DNA of 64,000 nt from a virus (taxonomy: Duplodnaviria > Caudoviricetes): the IMG/VR virus record IMGVR_UViG_3300037512_000871, positions 1-64,000 of that record. One strand, given 5' to 3'. Made by a program: the position numbers and the translations under genes. This document shows, in pieces, positions 47,556-56,920 of this stretch. Positions within the stretch are counted from its first letter, which is position 1. Every line of letters starts with the position of its first letter. The notes under the pieces are model-generated. The model did not search any database, was not told the origin of the DNA, and was given only the letters and a program-made list of their open reading frames with translations.

Positions 47556-48715
47556 CAGTCTTCCTCGTACAGAACAGCGATAGCCTTGAACAGAGGATTA
47601 CCAGTAGGAGTACCATTATCCGTACTGCCGATAACAGTGAGCTTGCCGTCATAGGTGCGGAAATATTCACCGTACTTAATCAGGGATTCGAGCAGTTTGA
47701 AGCTGACCGTGAATCTGATTGTCTCATTGACTTTCGGAATATCACAGCGTTCATAGATACGGCTCCCATCTTCACGAACCGCAGTCAGGATAAAATAGGA
47801 AATGTCTGGCGGAGCCTCGATTGTTTCCTGTTTCGTCTTGATTGTGTTGCAGATATGAACAGTAACGCGCTTGACCTTATTGTTGTTGCCGCTGAATGGG
47901 TTAGCCCTGTCCATAGCTTCTTCAACGCTCTTATTGATACGGAATACAGGACTATTGCCGGGCTCAAGCACAGATTCCATGTAGTTCGCATCGAAAGCGT
48001 TATCAGAGCGTGTCCTTGAAGAGAAGATAACACCGTCAGCAGTACGCATGTGAAGCCAACCGTTCTTGATACAATATTTCGGTCTGCCTTTCATTGGGTC
48101 GATAGCCATGTACTTCTGAACGAAAGTCTGGGATTCGCTGTGGATAAAGACGGTTTCCTTGATGGAGAAAGCGTCAATACCCTGCTGTTTCATATCGAAG
48201 CAAGCGAATCTGTCCTTTCCGTTATAACCGTACATCTTGCCATCGTTCACTGCAACATGGCTGTACTGGTTATCACTCTTATCCGAAGCCCAAGCGGTGT
48301 ATTGCATAGCCGTAACAAAGGAATCGGGGAGTTCATGCCAGTTATCCTCGTCCGTTTCAAGGTATTCTTCATCAAAGTCAATATCGTCTCTGATTGCAAA
48401 CTCGACACGGCTCTTATCACCTGCCTTGACACCAAGAGTACCATTCGGCGTGACACCAACCATAATCTCTTTTTCTTTGAGTTTACGGAGATAGTCATAC
48501 AGAAGGGCAAACTCAACGTCAATACATCTTGCGTCAAAGTTCAGCTCGGAAGGAATCACAAGCATAAACTGATTCGAGATACAGTGAATCCGACCATGTT
48601 GAATAATGACATATTTGGAGGGGTCGGTGTTCTCTGTGGTATCGGGTTTGATGATTTCCTTGATGATGCCCAGAGCCTTCAAAATGTCAGCCCGGTTGAC
48701 GGTAGCTACGTTCAT
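47555..48715 (-). CDS. DnaN-like sliding clamp
   Basis: VNR..IL.AL N-terminus, size, adjacent clamp loader and polymerase. Confidence 0.65.
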   Translation of the reverse strand: MNVATVNRADILKALGIIKEIIKPDTTENTDPSKYVIIQHGRIHCISNQFMLVIPSELNFDARCIDVEFALLYDYLRKLKEKEIMVGVTPNGTLGVKAGDKSRVEFAIRDDIDFDEEYLETDEDNWHELPDSFVTAMQYTAWASDKSDNQYSHVAVNDGKMYGYNGKDRFACFDMKQQGIDAFSIKETVFIHSESQTFVQKYMAIDPMKGRPKYCIKNGWLHMRTADGVIFSSRTRSDNAFDANYMESVLEPGNSPVFRINKSVEEAMDRANPFSGNNNKVKRVTVHICNTIKTKQETIEAPPDISYFILTAVREDGSRIYERCDIPKVNETIRFTVSFKLLESLIKYGEYFRTYDGKLTVIGSTDNGTPTGNPLFKAIAVLYEED

Positions 48716-48724
48716 TGTTTCTCC

Positions 48725-49204
48725 TTAAAGTTTGGTTGTTAAGTTAAGTGAGTAAGTGTTTCCATCGTTTGTCGTTATAACTGAAACCCTCTTTGAGCCG
48801 AGCAGATTCAGCATATCCTTGACTTCCTGTTCGAGTGCTTCACTGTCTGCACCCATTTTAGAGGCAAGCAGAGCAAGGATTTTTTCGATAGTGAAGAGGG
48901 ATGCATTCTGAAGCAAGATAACCTCGACCACCATATCTTCAAGAGTTGTTTCGGTCTTGTTTTCCATGATAGATTCGGGTGTTTCAAGCCCAAGCTCGTT
49001 TTGCATAAAGGTTACGTCTTCCTTGTCGAATGAACGTACTTCCCTCTGCGATAACTGCTTGATTGTCGAACACAAGAGACGTTTCAATCTGCCTGTGTTC
49101 GACTTATGCGCCGATTCAATTTCCTTTGTTGAAAAATTGAATAACGAGGCTATCTTGTCAAATATCTCAATAAGTTTGCGGCGGTCCGTATCAGTCTTCG
49201 TCAT
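48725..49204 (-). CDS. hypothetical protein (start uncertain)
   Basis: In operon. Confidence 0.55.
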   Translation of the reverse strand: MTKTDTDRRKLIEIFDKIASLFNFSTKEIESAHKSNTGRLKRLLCSTIKQLSQREVRSFDKEDVTFMQNELGLETPESIMENKTETTLEDMVVEVILLQNASLFTIEKILALLASKMGADSEALEQEVKDMLNLLGSKRVSVITTNDGNTYSLNLTTKL

Positions 49205-49499
49205 CGTCAACCTCTTCAGCATCAGCAATTTTAAGACTGTCACTAAGCATATCAATAATAGCTTTTCTGACGAGATATGCCTGAGTTGCGTCAGCGTCTT
49301 CCTGAAGTTTACTGACAGTTTCTTCAAGTTTATCCATGCGCTCACAAAGTTCATTAAGAACACCAATCGTGAATTTCTTGAAGTTGTTGTTACGCACATC
49401 AGCATTCAGTTCGTGGATTGCTTCTTTATCAACAATGCCGACCTTCTTGCAGACGTTAGCGAGTTTCTTTGCGGAGATTTTCTTGATAGTGAGTTTCAT
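49191..49499 (-). CDS. hypothetical protein
   Basis: GAGG RBS. Confidence 0.65.
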   Translation of the reverse strand: MKLTIKKISAKKLANVCKKVGIVDKEAIHELNADVRNNNFKKFTIGVLNELCERMDKLEETVSKLQEDADATQAYLVRKAIIDMLSDSLKIADAEEVDDDED

Positions 49500-49502
49500 G
49501 TT

Positions 49503-51041
49503 TTACCTCGTGGTTGGTTTTGGTAGTTCAGCGAAATTATGGACACTTAGAATGTGAGGCGTCCCACAAGCCAAGCATCCGTAAAGTTTAGCCTGTTGTC
49601 GTTCATCATAAGGAGATTCACGTTTAAGTAATGCCGCAATTCTCCAAATGTTCTTGATTCGCTCTTCGGGTGTCTGATTAATAGCGTAAAGGGCAGAACA
49701 GTTATCAATCTTACGTTTATCCTCAGAGAACGATGCCAACGTCAAATCCTCTGTATTAAAGCCTGTTGCGTTGGATTGCGTAGCCGTAACAACAAGGCAT
49801 TTGAATATATCGGCATAAGCACGTATTGACCGCCACCTCTGATTGACAGCTTCTCGTGGGTCTCTTCCTTCGGTTGCCATAGCGTCAATATAGTCTATAA
49901 CAACCACGTCAGGATGCTCCCAACCGAGCTTCTTGCAGATATTCTTTGTCAGTGTAACCAGACCGCTATACGTAAGAGAACCTAATGGGAACTGCTCAAC
50001 GTACAGACTGCCTTTGTGTTTCTGATTGACCCAAGAATCACGCATGAGTTTGGCAATATCGGGTGTCAGAATAGGATTATGCACCTGACGATAAGACACA
50101 GCTTCCTTATATTCCTTGCAAGCTTTATCATCACAGGGGATATATTCGTCACTTGTGATAACAGGTCTATCAGGAATATCGTTCCATTCGTTGAGAAGAC
50201 TGCCACTGCCTTTACGCTCAAAACAAGTGCCTTTTTGGTTCTTTACGCAATCCAAACAAGGTATGAATTGTTTATCCGCATATTCAGGTGAGGTGGAAGT
50301 TTTGGCATCACCGCAGAGGATTCGTTTGTTGACCTGATTTTTGGTAAGGTCTCCGCAACTGATGAAGAGGGTTTTGTTTCCCTGATTACGTGCTACTCTG
50401 GCGGTATAAATGAGCATGTGAGATTTGCCCACCTTACCACGACCTTCAAACACAACAAAGGAATTTCTTGTAAGCGTATTGTTCATAAGCCTACCTAATT
50501 CACCCTCGAAGGAAATCAGCCGTTCATCCTCTTGACGGAACAAATCATCAATCTCGGAATCAGTGGCTTGCAGAATATCGGTTGAATTGACTACGACAGG
50601 CTTAATCTCATCAACAGCGTTAAGGAGTTGTTTCGCCTCATCGAGTTTACCTGATTCTACTAATGCACTGGCTTCTTCCGAGGACAGCTTAATGATTTGA
50701 GCCTGAAAGTAGTTGTAAGCCTCGTCAATCTCAACCTGAATGTCGGTAATCGGTTCCTGATTGGCAAACGAAGACAGGACAATCTGTATCTCGGATGCCA
50801 CTTCGGGTTTGATTTTACCTAATGCAACCTGATTCTTAAAGACGCGCTCGAACTTATCTTCCGGTGCGGTGTGGAATTTATTGAAGAAGACAATGCAGAT
50901 ACGAGCCATGACAGAGTAGTACCGATTCGACAGTACGCCCTGTTTGTACTTATCCGCAAACTCTTCAAGGAACTGTGTGGAGTTGACCATATCATAAACG
51001 ATACGTAACTCCAAATCAGCCGTAGCCTCAATTATTTCCAT
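49503..51041 (-). CDS. DnaB-like (SF4) replicative helicase
   Basis: GRGKVGKS, VVIDYID, TATQ, SEDKRK. Confidence 0.88.
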   Translation of the reverse strand: MEIIEATADLELRIVYDMVNSTQFLEEFADKYKQGVLSNRYYSVMARICIVFFNKFHTAPEDKFERVFKNQVALGKIKPEVASEIQIVLSSFANQEPITDIQVEIDEAYNYFQAQIIKLSSEEASALVESGKLDEAKQLLNAVDEIKPVVVNSTDILQATDSEIDDLFRQEDERLISFEGELGRLMNNTLTRNSFVVFEGRGKVGKSHMLIYTARVARNQGNKTLFISCGDLTKNQVNKRILCGDAKTSTSPEYADKQFIPCLDCVKNQKGTCFERKGSGSLLNEWNDIPDRPVITSDEYIPCDDKACKEYKEAVSYRQVHNPILTPDIAKLMRDSWVNQKHKGSLYVEQFPLGSLTYSGLVTLTKNICKKLGWEHPDVVVIDYIDAMATEGRDPREAVNQRWRSIRAYADIFKCLVVTATQSNATGFNTEDLTLASFSEDKRKIDNCSALYAINQTPEERIKNIWRIAALLKRESPYDERQQAKLYGCLACGTPHILSVHNFAELPKPTTR

Positions 51042-51643
51042 TCGTTCACAACCTCGTATTGGTTAGTCATTTCAGCAAGGCGCATGGCAATCTTAGGCTG
51101 TGCAGGTAATTCCGTTGCAGTCATAAGAATCCGTTTCCCTGCACCGTGAAGCGTCTTAATAATGTGGTAGACGTATTCGTAGGTGTAATTGTTATCCACG
51201 TAGAAATCGTCAATGGCAACAACACCACATCCCAGCATATCGGACGTAATCTTGCTGTAGGATTCCGGCTTACATCTGAGTAGGCACATAATTTCAGACC
51301 AATCAAAGTATTTAACCTTGAAACCAGTCAGTACAGCCTCTTTCAGCATACCAACCATTTGATACGTTTTACCTACACCGGATTCACCATACCAAATCGT
51401 TCCCTTGCTGAAATCGAGGGAGCTAATATCGTACATGGCAGTGGTAAGGTGTGCGGCTCTGTAAATGTTTGGTACGCCGAGTTTTATCATAAGCTGAATC
51501 ATGGCAACGTTGCTCATTTCCTGCATACGGTTGAGCTTATGTGCGTTACAGTTCGGACACCACTGTTCAAGTTCTTCCACCTTTCCGTCAATGAGAAAGC
51601 GGAAATCGAGAAGAGAGGTATTACACTTCGGGCATTGGTTCAT
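51032..51643 (-). CDS. DnaC/IstB-like helicase loader
   Basis: CxxC...CxxC, GESGVGKT, IDD, RL.EM. Confidence 0.85.
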   Translation of the reverse strand: MNQCPKCNTSLLDFRFLIDGKVEELEQWCPNCNAHKLNRMQEMSNVAMIQLMIKLGVPNIYRAAHLTTAMYDISSLDFSKGTIWYGESGVGKTYQMVGMLKEAVLTGFKVKYFDWSEIMCLLRCKPESYSKITSDMLGCGVVAIDDFYVDNNYTYEYVYHIIKTLHGAGKRILMTATELPAQPKIAMRLAEMTNQYEVVNEWK

Positions 51644-51959
51644 TTTTATACCTCACGATGACAAGGCGTTTCGGGTGGTAGTATTTGTTTATGACTTGAA
51701 GCTCTTTCGTTCCACCTGCTATGACGGAACGAACAATATCTTCACTTACGAGACGGTTGAGGGAGAAATACTCATTGTTGACCCACCGTGAGGTAGCCAA
51801 TTTCTTAAAGAATATTTCAAGCTCGTCTCCTGTAAATGGTTTCAGGTACTCTTGCAGTTCAGCGTGTTTCGTACCCCTCGGAACCGCCATAGCTTTGTTC
51901 GTTATCTTGATTACCCTCTTCACAAACTCCGCTATTCCCTTGTTGTCGTATTGCGGCAT
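51621..51959 (-). CDS. hypothetical protein
   Basis: AAGGAGA RBS. Confidence 0.65.
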   Translation of the reverse strand: MPQYDNKGIAEFVKRVIKITNKAMAVPRGTKHAELQEYLKPFTGDELEIFFKKLATSRWVNNEYFSLNRLVSEDIVRSVIAGGTKELQVINKYYHPKRLVIVRYKNEPMPEV

Positions 51960-52113
51960 AACGTCTCCTTTGCTCTTGTTTGATTTGTTTGACGTAACGG
52001 TATATGGTTGCGGAAGAACGCCCTGTCCTTCTCACAATTTGAGGTTGACTGAAACCAAGATGAACAAGTCTTCTGATTTCTTCAACCTCTGATGGTGTTA
52101 AGGTATCTGGCAT
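51859..52113 (-). CDS. HTH DNA-binding protein
   Basis: GFSQPQIVRRTGRSSATIYRY. Confidence 0.75.
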   Translation of the reverse strand: MPDTLTPSEVEEIRRLVHLGFSQPQIVRRTGRSSATIYRYVKQIKQEQRRRYAAIRQQGNSGVCEEGNQDNEQSYGGSEGYETR

Positions 52114-52127
52114 TATATCTCCTTAGT

Positions 52128-52204
52128 TGGTCGGGGCAACAGGACTCGAACCTGCGACCTTATGCTCCCAAAGCAAACGCTCTACCAGACTGAGCTATAC
52201 CCCG
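52128..52204 (-). tRNA. tRNA-Pro(UGG) with encoded CCA
   Basis: CGGGGTATAGCTCAGTCTGGTAGAGC...TTTGGGA...GGTTCGAGTCC...CCCCGACCA. Confidence 0.95.
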
Positions 52205-52218
52205 GATTGTTACAATAT

Positions 52219-52247
52219 AATATACACCGCCAAACTACGAAAGTCAA
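52219..52247 (-). promoter_or_regulatory. promoter for tRNA-Pro and replication operon
   Basis: TTGACT-N17-TATATT. Confidence 0.75.
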
Positions 52248-52276
52248 GCGGTGTATCAAAGATTTTTCAGAAATTT

Positions 52277-53146
52277 TTAGAATGAACCACGGAAGTCTTT
52301 ATAAGCAGGGAAGATACCGTTTTTCGCCAAGCGTATAATCTCCAACGTTTCATTCTGTAGTGTAGGTCTGTAAATCGCATCCCAATAGTCAGCAGGGATT
52401 TCTTTCATTTTTATCCCTGCGTAACGACCAACTTTCATAATTGGTTCTTTACTCATTGAGAACGTAAACAAACCGTCAGGGTCGATGATATACTTGTCGT
52501 TATTTGACACTGTAAGGAACCATGAAAGTTCACGAGGTTTCCTTACACCGTCATTGAAACGCTCAAGTTGCTTCTCAAACACCTCCCGATAAAGCGTAGT
52601 GTGCATGTCAGGTTCGCCCCTCAACTCAGCCTTACGTGCATTAAAGCCGTAGGGAAATACATCGTTGTAAGCCATGCTGAGATATTGCTTGCCTCTGAAA
52701 TGAAGACCACGAGCAACCATTCTTATCCGGCTTATATCGAGCTTACCTGCAATACTGAAAGCACCTCGGTTATCTGTCTGATATGCCTTACGGAGTGGCA
52801 GACAAACATCGTATTCAAGATTGTTTCCGCACAGAATACAACCTTCAAGGTCATAATTCAGTTCGGTAGCAACAAGACAGAAAAACTCGCCCTGATTCTT
52901 GATGGTGCTGTAAGTCAACCCAACATCAGACCAGCCATTTTCCGCTTTTGTTATTTCGAACGGTGGGTATACAATGAACTGCTTGTTGTGAAGTACCTTG
53001 CTCTCATCGAACTTGTACTCCACAACTTTATACTCAATATAGACTGGGTACACGTCCTTAGTGCCTCGTGTACCTACCTTGTGAGCATAGCAACAGTGAA
53101 TATAGGCTATCTTGTTTCCGTCAAGCCAGTGATTTACTTGGAACAT
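52277..53146 (-). CDS. degenerate DnaQ (Pol III epsilon)-like exonuclease
   Basis: LCGNN..YD, GLT...KN...F, GRYAG...IP.DY patterns; ExoI DxE missing. Confidence 0.55.
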   Translation of the reverse strand: MFQVNHWLDGNKIAYIHCCYAHKVGTRGTKDVYPVYIEYKVVEYKFDESKVLHNKQFIVYPPFEITKAENGWSDVGLTYSTIKNQGEFFCLVATELNYDLEGCILCGNNLEYDVCLPLRKAYQTDNRGAFSIAGKLDISRIRMVARGLHFRGKQYLSMAYNDVFPYGFNARKAELRGEPDMHTTLYREVFEKQLERFNDGVRKPRELSWFLTVSNNDKYIIDPDGLFTFSMSKEPIMKVGRYAGIKMKEIPADYWDAIYRPTLQNETLEIIRLAKNGIFPAYKDFRGSF

Positions 53147-54416
53147 TAATATTCTCCTGTTTGATAAGGCTGTCGATTGCCTTTATGACACGTTCAGGAT
53201 TGATGTTCTTGGTGCATGTGAACTTACTTGCTTCAAGCCCATTACGTTCCTTGAGTAACATATTTCGTTCTTCCATAGTAGGTGCTTCATATATCTTGGT
53301 CGTGAGTTCGTGTACTTTAACGTCAATACGAGGACACCAAAGCCAAGAATGATGCCAGAATGGAATTGTCATATCACCCCAACAATCCTTACATGGGCTT
53401 TCTTCGTTGAAGACACGATAAGGGGTGTTGAACTCATTTTGAGGTGCTGTGAATCCTGAAATCAACACGACTGGTTTCTGACATGCCCAAGCAAGCCAAG
53501 ACAAGCCCGAAGTCATACCGATAAAGAACTCGGCTCCTCGTATCTGATTAACGCGCTCCTGTAATGAATAAGGACCAGTCCAGTCGATTGCTTCTGGTGG
53601 TGCTTTCTGATAGGAACCGGGTATGCCAACCACACGTTCCTTATCAATACACATCACGTCAAAACCGAGGTGCTTCAGATATTTGATAACCTCAGTCCAG
53701 CCATAAGGATTCCACCAGAGTTTACATCCTTTACTGCCCGAATAACCGATACAAACATAAGGACGTTTGTTTTTTATTTCCTCTGTTGCTTTCAGGATGG
53801 GTGGTTCTGGTTCAACATTATTCGGAAGACCTAATATGTTAGCAGCTAAACGGTTTAATCCATGCTGTTGATAAGGAAGTTTACCCCAAAATGGAGCCGC
53901 ATCCTTATCGAAGAAGATGCCGATAAAATACGTAGCGTATATGGGTATCTCTGACAGCATGGATTCGTCAGACACCATTGTTATCCAAGGGTAATTCGGT
54001 CCAAAAAGCTCAATGAACCAAGGCTGTGCAAACACAATCGGCTTACATTTATGTTTCTCGATGAACGCAAGCACCTGTGAGAAGTGTGCGATACAGTCAC
54101 CGAGTGTCTTATGGGCTATTCTGAATCTGACATACCTATCCTTGCAATCAAACACCGTGGAAAAGGCATCGTTAGTCTTTGTGTTGACTGCATGGATTTT
54201 CCACTTGATGTAATATTTGGTTGGCGTTGAGAAGTATGCACCGGGAGCAAGCTCAATATGGTAAAGTAAATCACCTGTATCTTCATTATAAAAGCTGACG
54301 TCCCAAGTACCTATGGTATCTTTTGGCGTTTTTATCTCAGCCCCATAATTAAAGCTGAACTGCATCCCGGTAACAGGGTCTTTCAGTAATTTTATATCGT
54401 CTTCAAATTTCTCCAT
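53121..54416 (-). CDS. autotransporter O-heptosyltransferase (TibC/Aah, BAHT family, GT-B)
   Basis: FNYG, TKYY, TLGD, K.W.NP.GW, FFIG.SGLSWLAWA, PVVLISGFT.P.NEF.TPYRV, CxxC-x15-C...C. Confidence 0.9.
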   Translation of the reverse strand: MEKFEDDIKLLKDPVTGMQFSFNYGAEIKTPKDTIGTWDVSFYNEDTGDLLYHIELAPGAYFSTPTKYYIKWKIHAVNTKTNDAFSTVFDCKDRYVRFRIAHKTLGDCIAHFSQVLAFIEKHKCKPIVFAQPWFIELFGPNYPWITMVSDESMLSEIPIYATYFIGIFFDKDAAPFWGKLPYQQHGLNRLAANILGLPNNVEPEPPILKATEEIKNKRPYVCIGYSGSKGCKLWWNPYGWTEVIKYLKHLGFDVMCIDKERVVGIPGSYQKAPPEAIDWTGPYSLQERVNQIRGAEFFIGMTSGLSWLAWACQKPVVLISGFTAPQNEFNTPYRVFNEESPCKDCWGDMTIPFWHHSWLWCPRIDVKVHELTTKIYEAPTMEERNMLLKERNGLEASKFTCTKNINPERVIKAIDSLIKQENINVPSKSLA

Positions 54417-55357
54417 CAGTTTAACAGCTCCTTAATCTCGGCAAGTTCTTTTCTACCGTCCTTTGTTTTCAGGAGGTCATTTAGGTCTTTTCCATACGAC
54501 CAATGAATACGGTAGACTTCTGTACGATGTGAGAGTTGGTTTACGAGCTGATGTGCCGCAGATTCACCAGCCGAATCCATATCGTAGGCAACGTAGACCT
54601 TACCGAATGTAGCCAACTCATTTATCTGTTCTCTCGTGAAACAGCAACCGTGGGTATGAACAGCCCCATCACCAACAGACATGGCATCGTAGGCGGCTTC
54701 TGTAACAATAACAGTATCAGCCGGAACGTTATCAATACCCCACAGGAACGACTTGCATGGTATCAACTCTTCGTACTCACAGGCAGTTATGTACTGTTTC
54801 TTGACGTAACTGCCACACTGAAACGAAACAAGCTGACCCTGCAAGTAATTCGGTATCACAATGCAGTTGGCGTACTTGTTTGAATACCGCTGTTCCTTGA
54901 CCGTCTTATAATAGGTGAGGTACTGGTCTGCTATGCCTGTTGAACTGAGGTGGTATTTCCTGATTACATCGTCAGCGCAATCAGGAAACCGCTTCATCAG
55001 GTACTCATAAGCACGAAGAAGCATAGCACCATTCCCCGGCAGTACAACCTCTTTCGGACGCAACGAAATCTCCTTCATATTCTGTTTGTCTATATTCTTG
55101 AACAAACCATGAAGGATGTGCCTTGTTTCAGTTCGTTTCGTACCGAGCAAGTTGGAGAAAACAGCAATCGTGGAATGATAACCGCACTTGTAACAGTTGC
55201 AGTAACCCTCTTCCAAATTGATACCAAGATGAAAGTTAGTATCACCAGACATGCAGAATGGGCAACAAACCTGAACCCATCCACGCCGACAATGATGATT
55301 ACCTTCAAGTCGATAGTCAATATGGTTATCCTCTAAAAAATCAATCACTAGGCTCAA
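54416..55357 (-). CDS. DNA primase (Zn finger plus TOPRIM)
   Basis: CPFC...H...CYKC; VTE..YD; YDMD.AG; KD.ND. Confidence 0.9.
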   Translation of the reverse strand: MSLVIDFLEDNHIDYRLEGNHHCRRGWVQVCCPFCMSGDTNFHLGINLEEGYCNCYKCGYHSTIAVFSNLLGTKRTETRHILHGLFKNIDKQNMKEISLRPKEVVLPGNGAMLLRAYEYLMKRFPDCADDVIRKYHLSSTGIADQYLTYYKTVKEQRYSNKYANCIVIPNYLQGQLVSFQCGSYVKKQYITACEYEELIPCKSFLWGIDNVPADTVIVTEAAYDAMSVGDGAVHTHGCCFTREQINELATFGKVYVAYDMDSAGESAAHQLVNQLSHRTEVYRIHWSYGKDLNDLLKTKDGRKELAEIKELLN

Positions 55358-55473
55358 GTCTCACCTCACCGTTGGCTGTGATGTACATTTTCTTGAAAGT
55401 ACCGTCTTCATCCTTGTACTCACCCACGTAAACATCGTAGGTATCGGGTGTGGTATCTTCGGTGTTAATCTTT

Positions 55474-55677
55474 TTATCGGGCATAATTACCTCCTGTAGT
55501 TTTGAGTGTAGACGTCAAGTTTACGACATCCTCATTCTTTGCTGTAAAGCCTGGGTGTGTATTGAAGTTATCTGGAATGTACGAATAACCTGCACAGTCA
55601 TACCCACATTCAGCTTGTGAGTTTGTCAGTTTGCAGTTACCAGTATTAGGGTCGTATCGTGTGCAATTTGTCTTCAT
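55474..55677 (-). CDS. small Cys-rich protein
   Basis: GGAGA RBS. Confidence 0.55.
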   Translation of the reverse strand: MKTNCTRYDPNTGNCKLTNSQAECGYDCAGYSYIPDNFNTHPGFTAKNEDVVNLTSTLKTTGGNYAR

Positions 55678-55691
55678 AATTTCTCCAAAAG

Positions 55692-55765
55692 TGGCAGTCC
55701 AGCATGGATTTGAACCATGACTGACAGGACCAAAACCTGTTGTGCTACCGTTACACCACTGGACC
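55692..55765 (-). tRNA. tRNA-Gln(UUG) with encoded CCA
   Basis: GGTCCAGTGGTGTAACGGTAGCAC-ACAGG-TTTTGGT-CCTGT...GGTTCAAATCC..CTGGACTGCCA. Confidence 0.93.
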
Positions 55766-55770
55766 GCGTG

Positions 55771-56001
55771 TTATTGTTCGTTTGTTACAGAGCCAGCCAA
55801 CATATCGTGTTTAGCCGCTACGTCAAGTTCTTTTGTTATTCCCGGTTCCAATGTATTCAATAGGTCTGCAATATCACTAATGGAATCTTGAAACCGACGC
55901 CCCCATGCATACGTATCACACATGTAGCGATAGAATAACAACTTCAGCAGGTCAACGCAGAAATGTAACTGCTCATTCGTTGTTGGTGGTTGGGTTATCA
56001 T
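55771..56001 (-). CDS. hypothetical protein
   Basis: In operon. Confidence 0.6.
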   Translation of the reverse strand: MITQPPTTNEQLHFCVDLLKLLFYRYMCDTYAWGRRFQDSISDIADLLNTLEPGITKELDVAAKHDMLAGSVTNEQ

Positions 56002-56002
56002 G

Positions 56003-56920
56003 CTATGCCAATACCTTTACTTGATGTTGAAGGTGGTAAGTTAAAAGGTCATATTGATGTTTAGGAACAAACAAACATTCTTTCACAGGGTGCATACACT
56101 TCGGTACAGGTCCGAATATTGTGCGGTGGTCAAAAGAGGCAACCTTCAAGAACGTATCAGGCATTTCGTACTCTGATATGAAAGTCAACTGCTCCTGTTT
56201 TCCGCACCAATCGTAAAACGCCTCGTAATCGAACTTTTGATAGTTATACATGCCTGTTCCCTTATACGGAATATCGCAGTAAACCACGCTGTAAGGCTTT
56301 ATAACCACGTCCCGATAGTCAAGGGCAGTAATTATAGGTCTTTTGATATTAGCCAGTCTTAAAAGCCGTGTAAAAGCGTTGTAGTGTGGCAATACCAAAT
56401 GAATCGTATCAACCGTAGATGATTGCTCCCTGATAGCGTGTTGAACCTGACTGTATCGCATTTCCAGCGTATAGTAGTCAAGGTTCTTCAGGTGCTTCAA
56501 GTCAATACCGTAACGCTTCATACCTGCTCCGTCACCAAAGAAGACGGCATTGTGGTACTGGCGTTTGTAGTCCTCAATCTCCCTGCTGTAAGCGTATGTC
56601 CTCCAATTATTACCGAAGGAGAAACAGCATGAGATATAGGGGTCTGTTCTGCGTTTGTACTTGAACTCAGATATGTCAGCAAAGTGGTTCTCGTGTCTGA
56701 AACCATCACTGATTGCCCTGTCGAAGCTGTCCATAACAAACTTATCATTGTCGTTTGTGTAGACAGTGCCGAACTTCAAAGGCATGGTTGTAGCGTAATG
56801 TGAAACGGAACCGCCACCTGCAAACAAATCATAAAAGTTATCTGCGGCTGGCATAACGTCAAGGATTTTTTCGGCTAACCTGCTTTTGCTACCCTGATAA
56901 GGCATACCGTATAGGTTCAT
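56003..56920 (-). CDS. DNA adenine methyltransferase (D12/Dam-like)
   Basis: PYQGSK, DLFAGGGSV, ND, YCDIPY. Confidence 0.88.
   Translation of the reverse strand: MNLYGMPYQGSKSRLAEKILDVMPAADNFYDLFAGGGSVSHYATTMPLKFGTVYTNDNDKFVMDSFDRAISDGFRHENHFADISEFKYKRRTDPYISCCFSFGNNWRTYAYSREIEDYKRQYHNAVFFGDGAGMKRYGIDLKHLKNLDYYTLEMRYSQVQHAIREQSSTVDTIHLVLPHYNAFTRLLRLANIKRPIITALDYRDVVIKPYSVVYCDIPYKGTGMYNYQKFDYEAFYDWCGKQEQLTFISEYEMPDTFLKVASFDHRTIFGPVPKCMHPVKECLFVPKHQYDLLTYHLQHQVKVLA

Noticed and set aside
10075-55357. Stop-codon reassignment, introns or inteins in core genes
   Set aside because: Core ORFs are full length under the standard code, both tRNAs have sense anticodons, and no intein motifs were seen.
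52128-55765. tRNAs as prophage attachment sites
   Set aside because: No integrase, no duplicated tRNA 3' ends and no host genes in the window.
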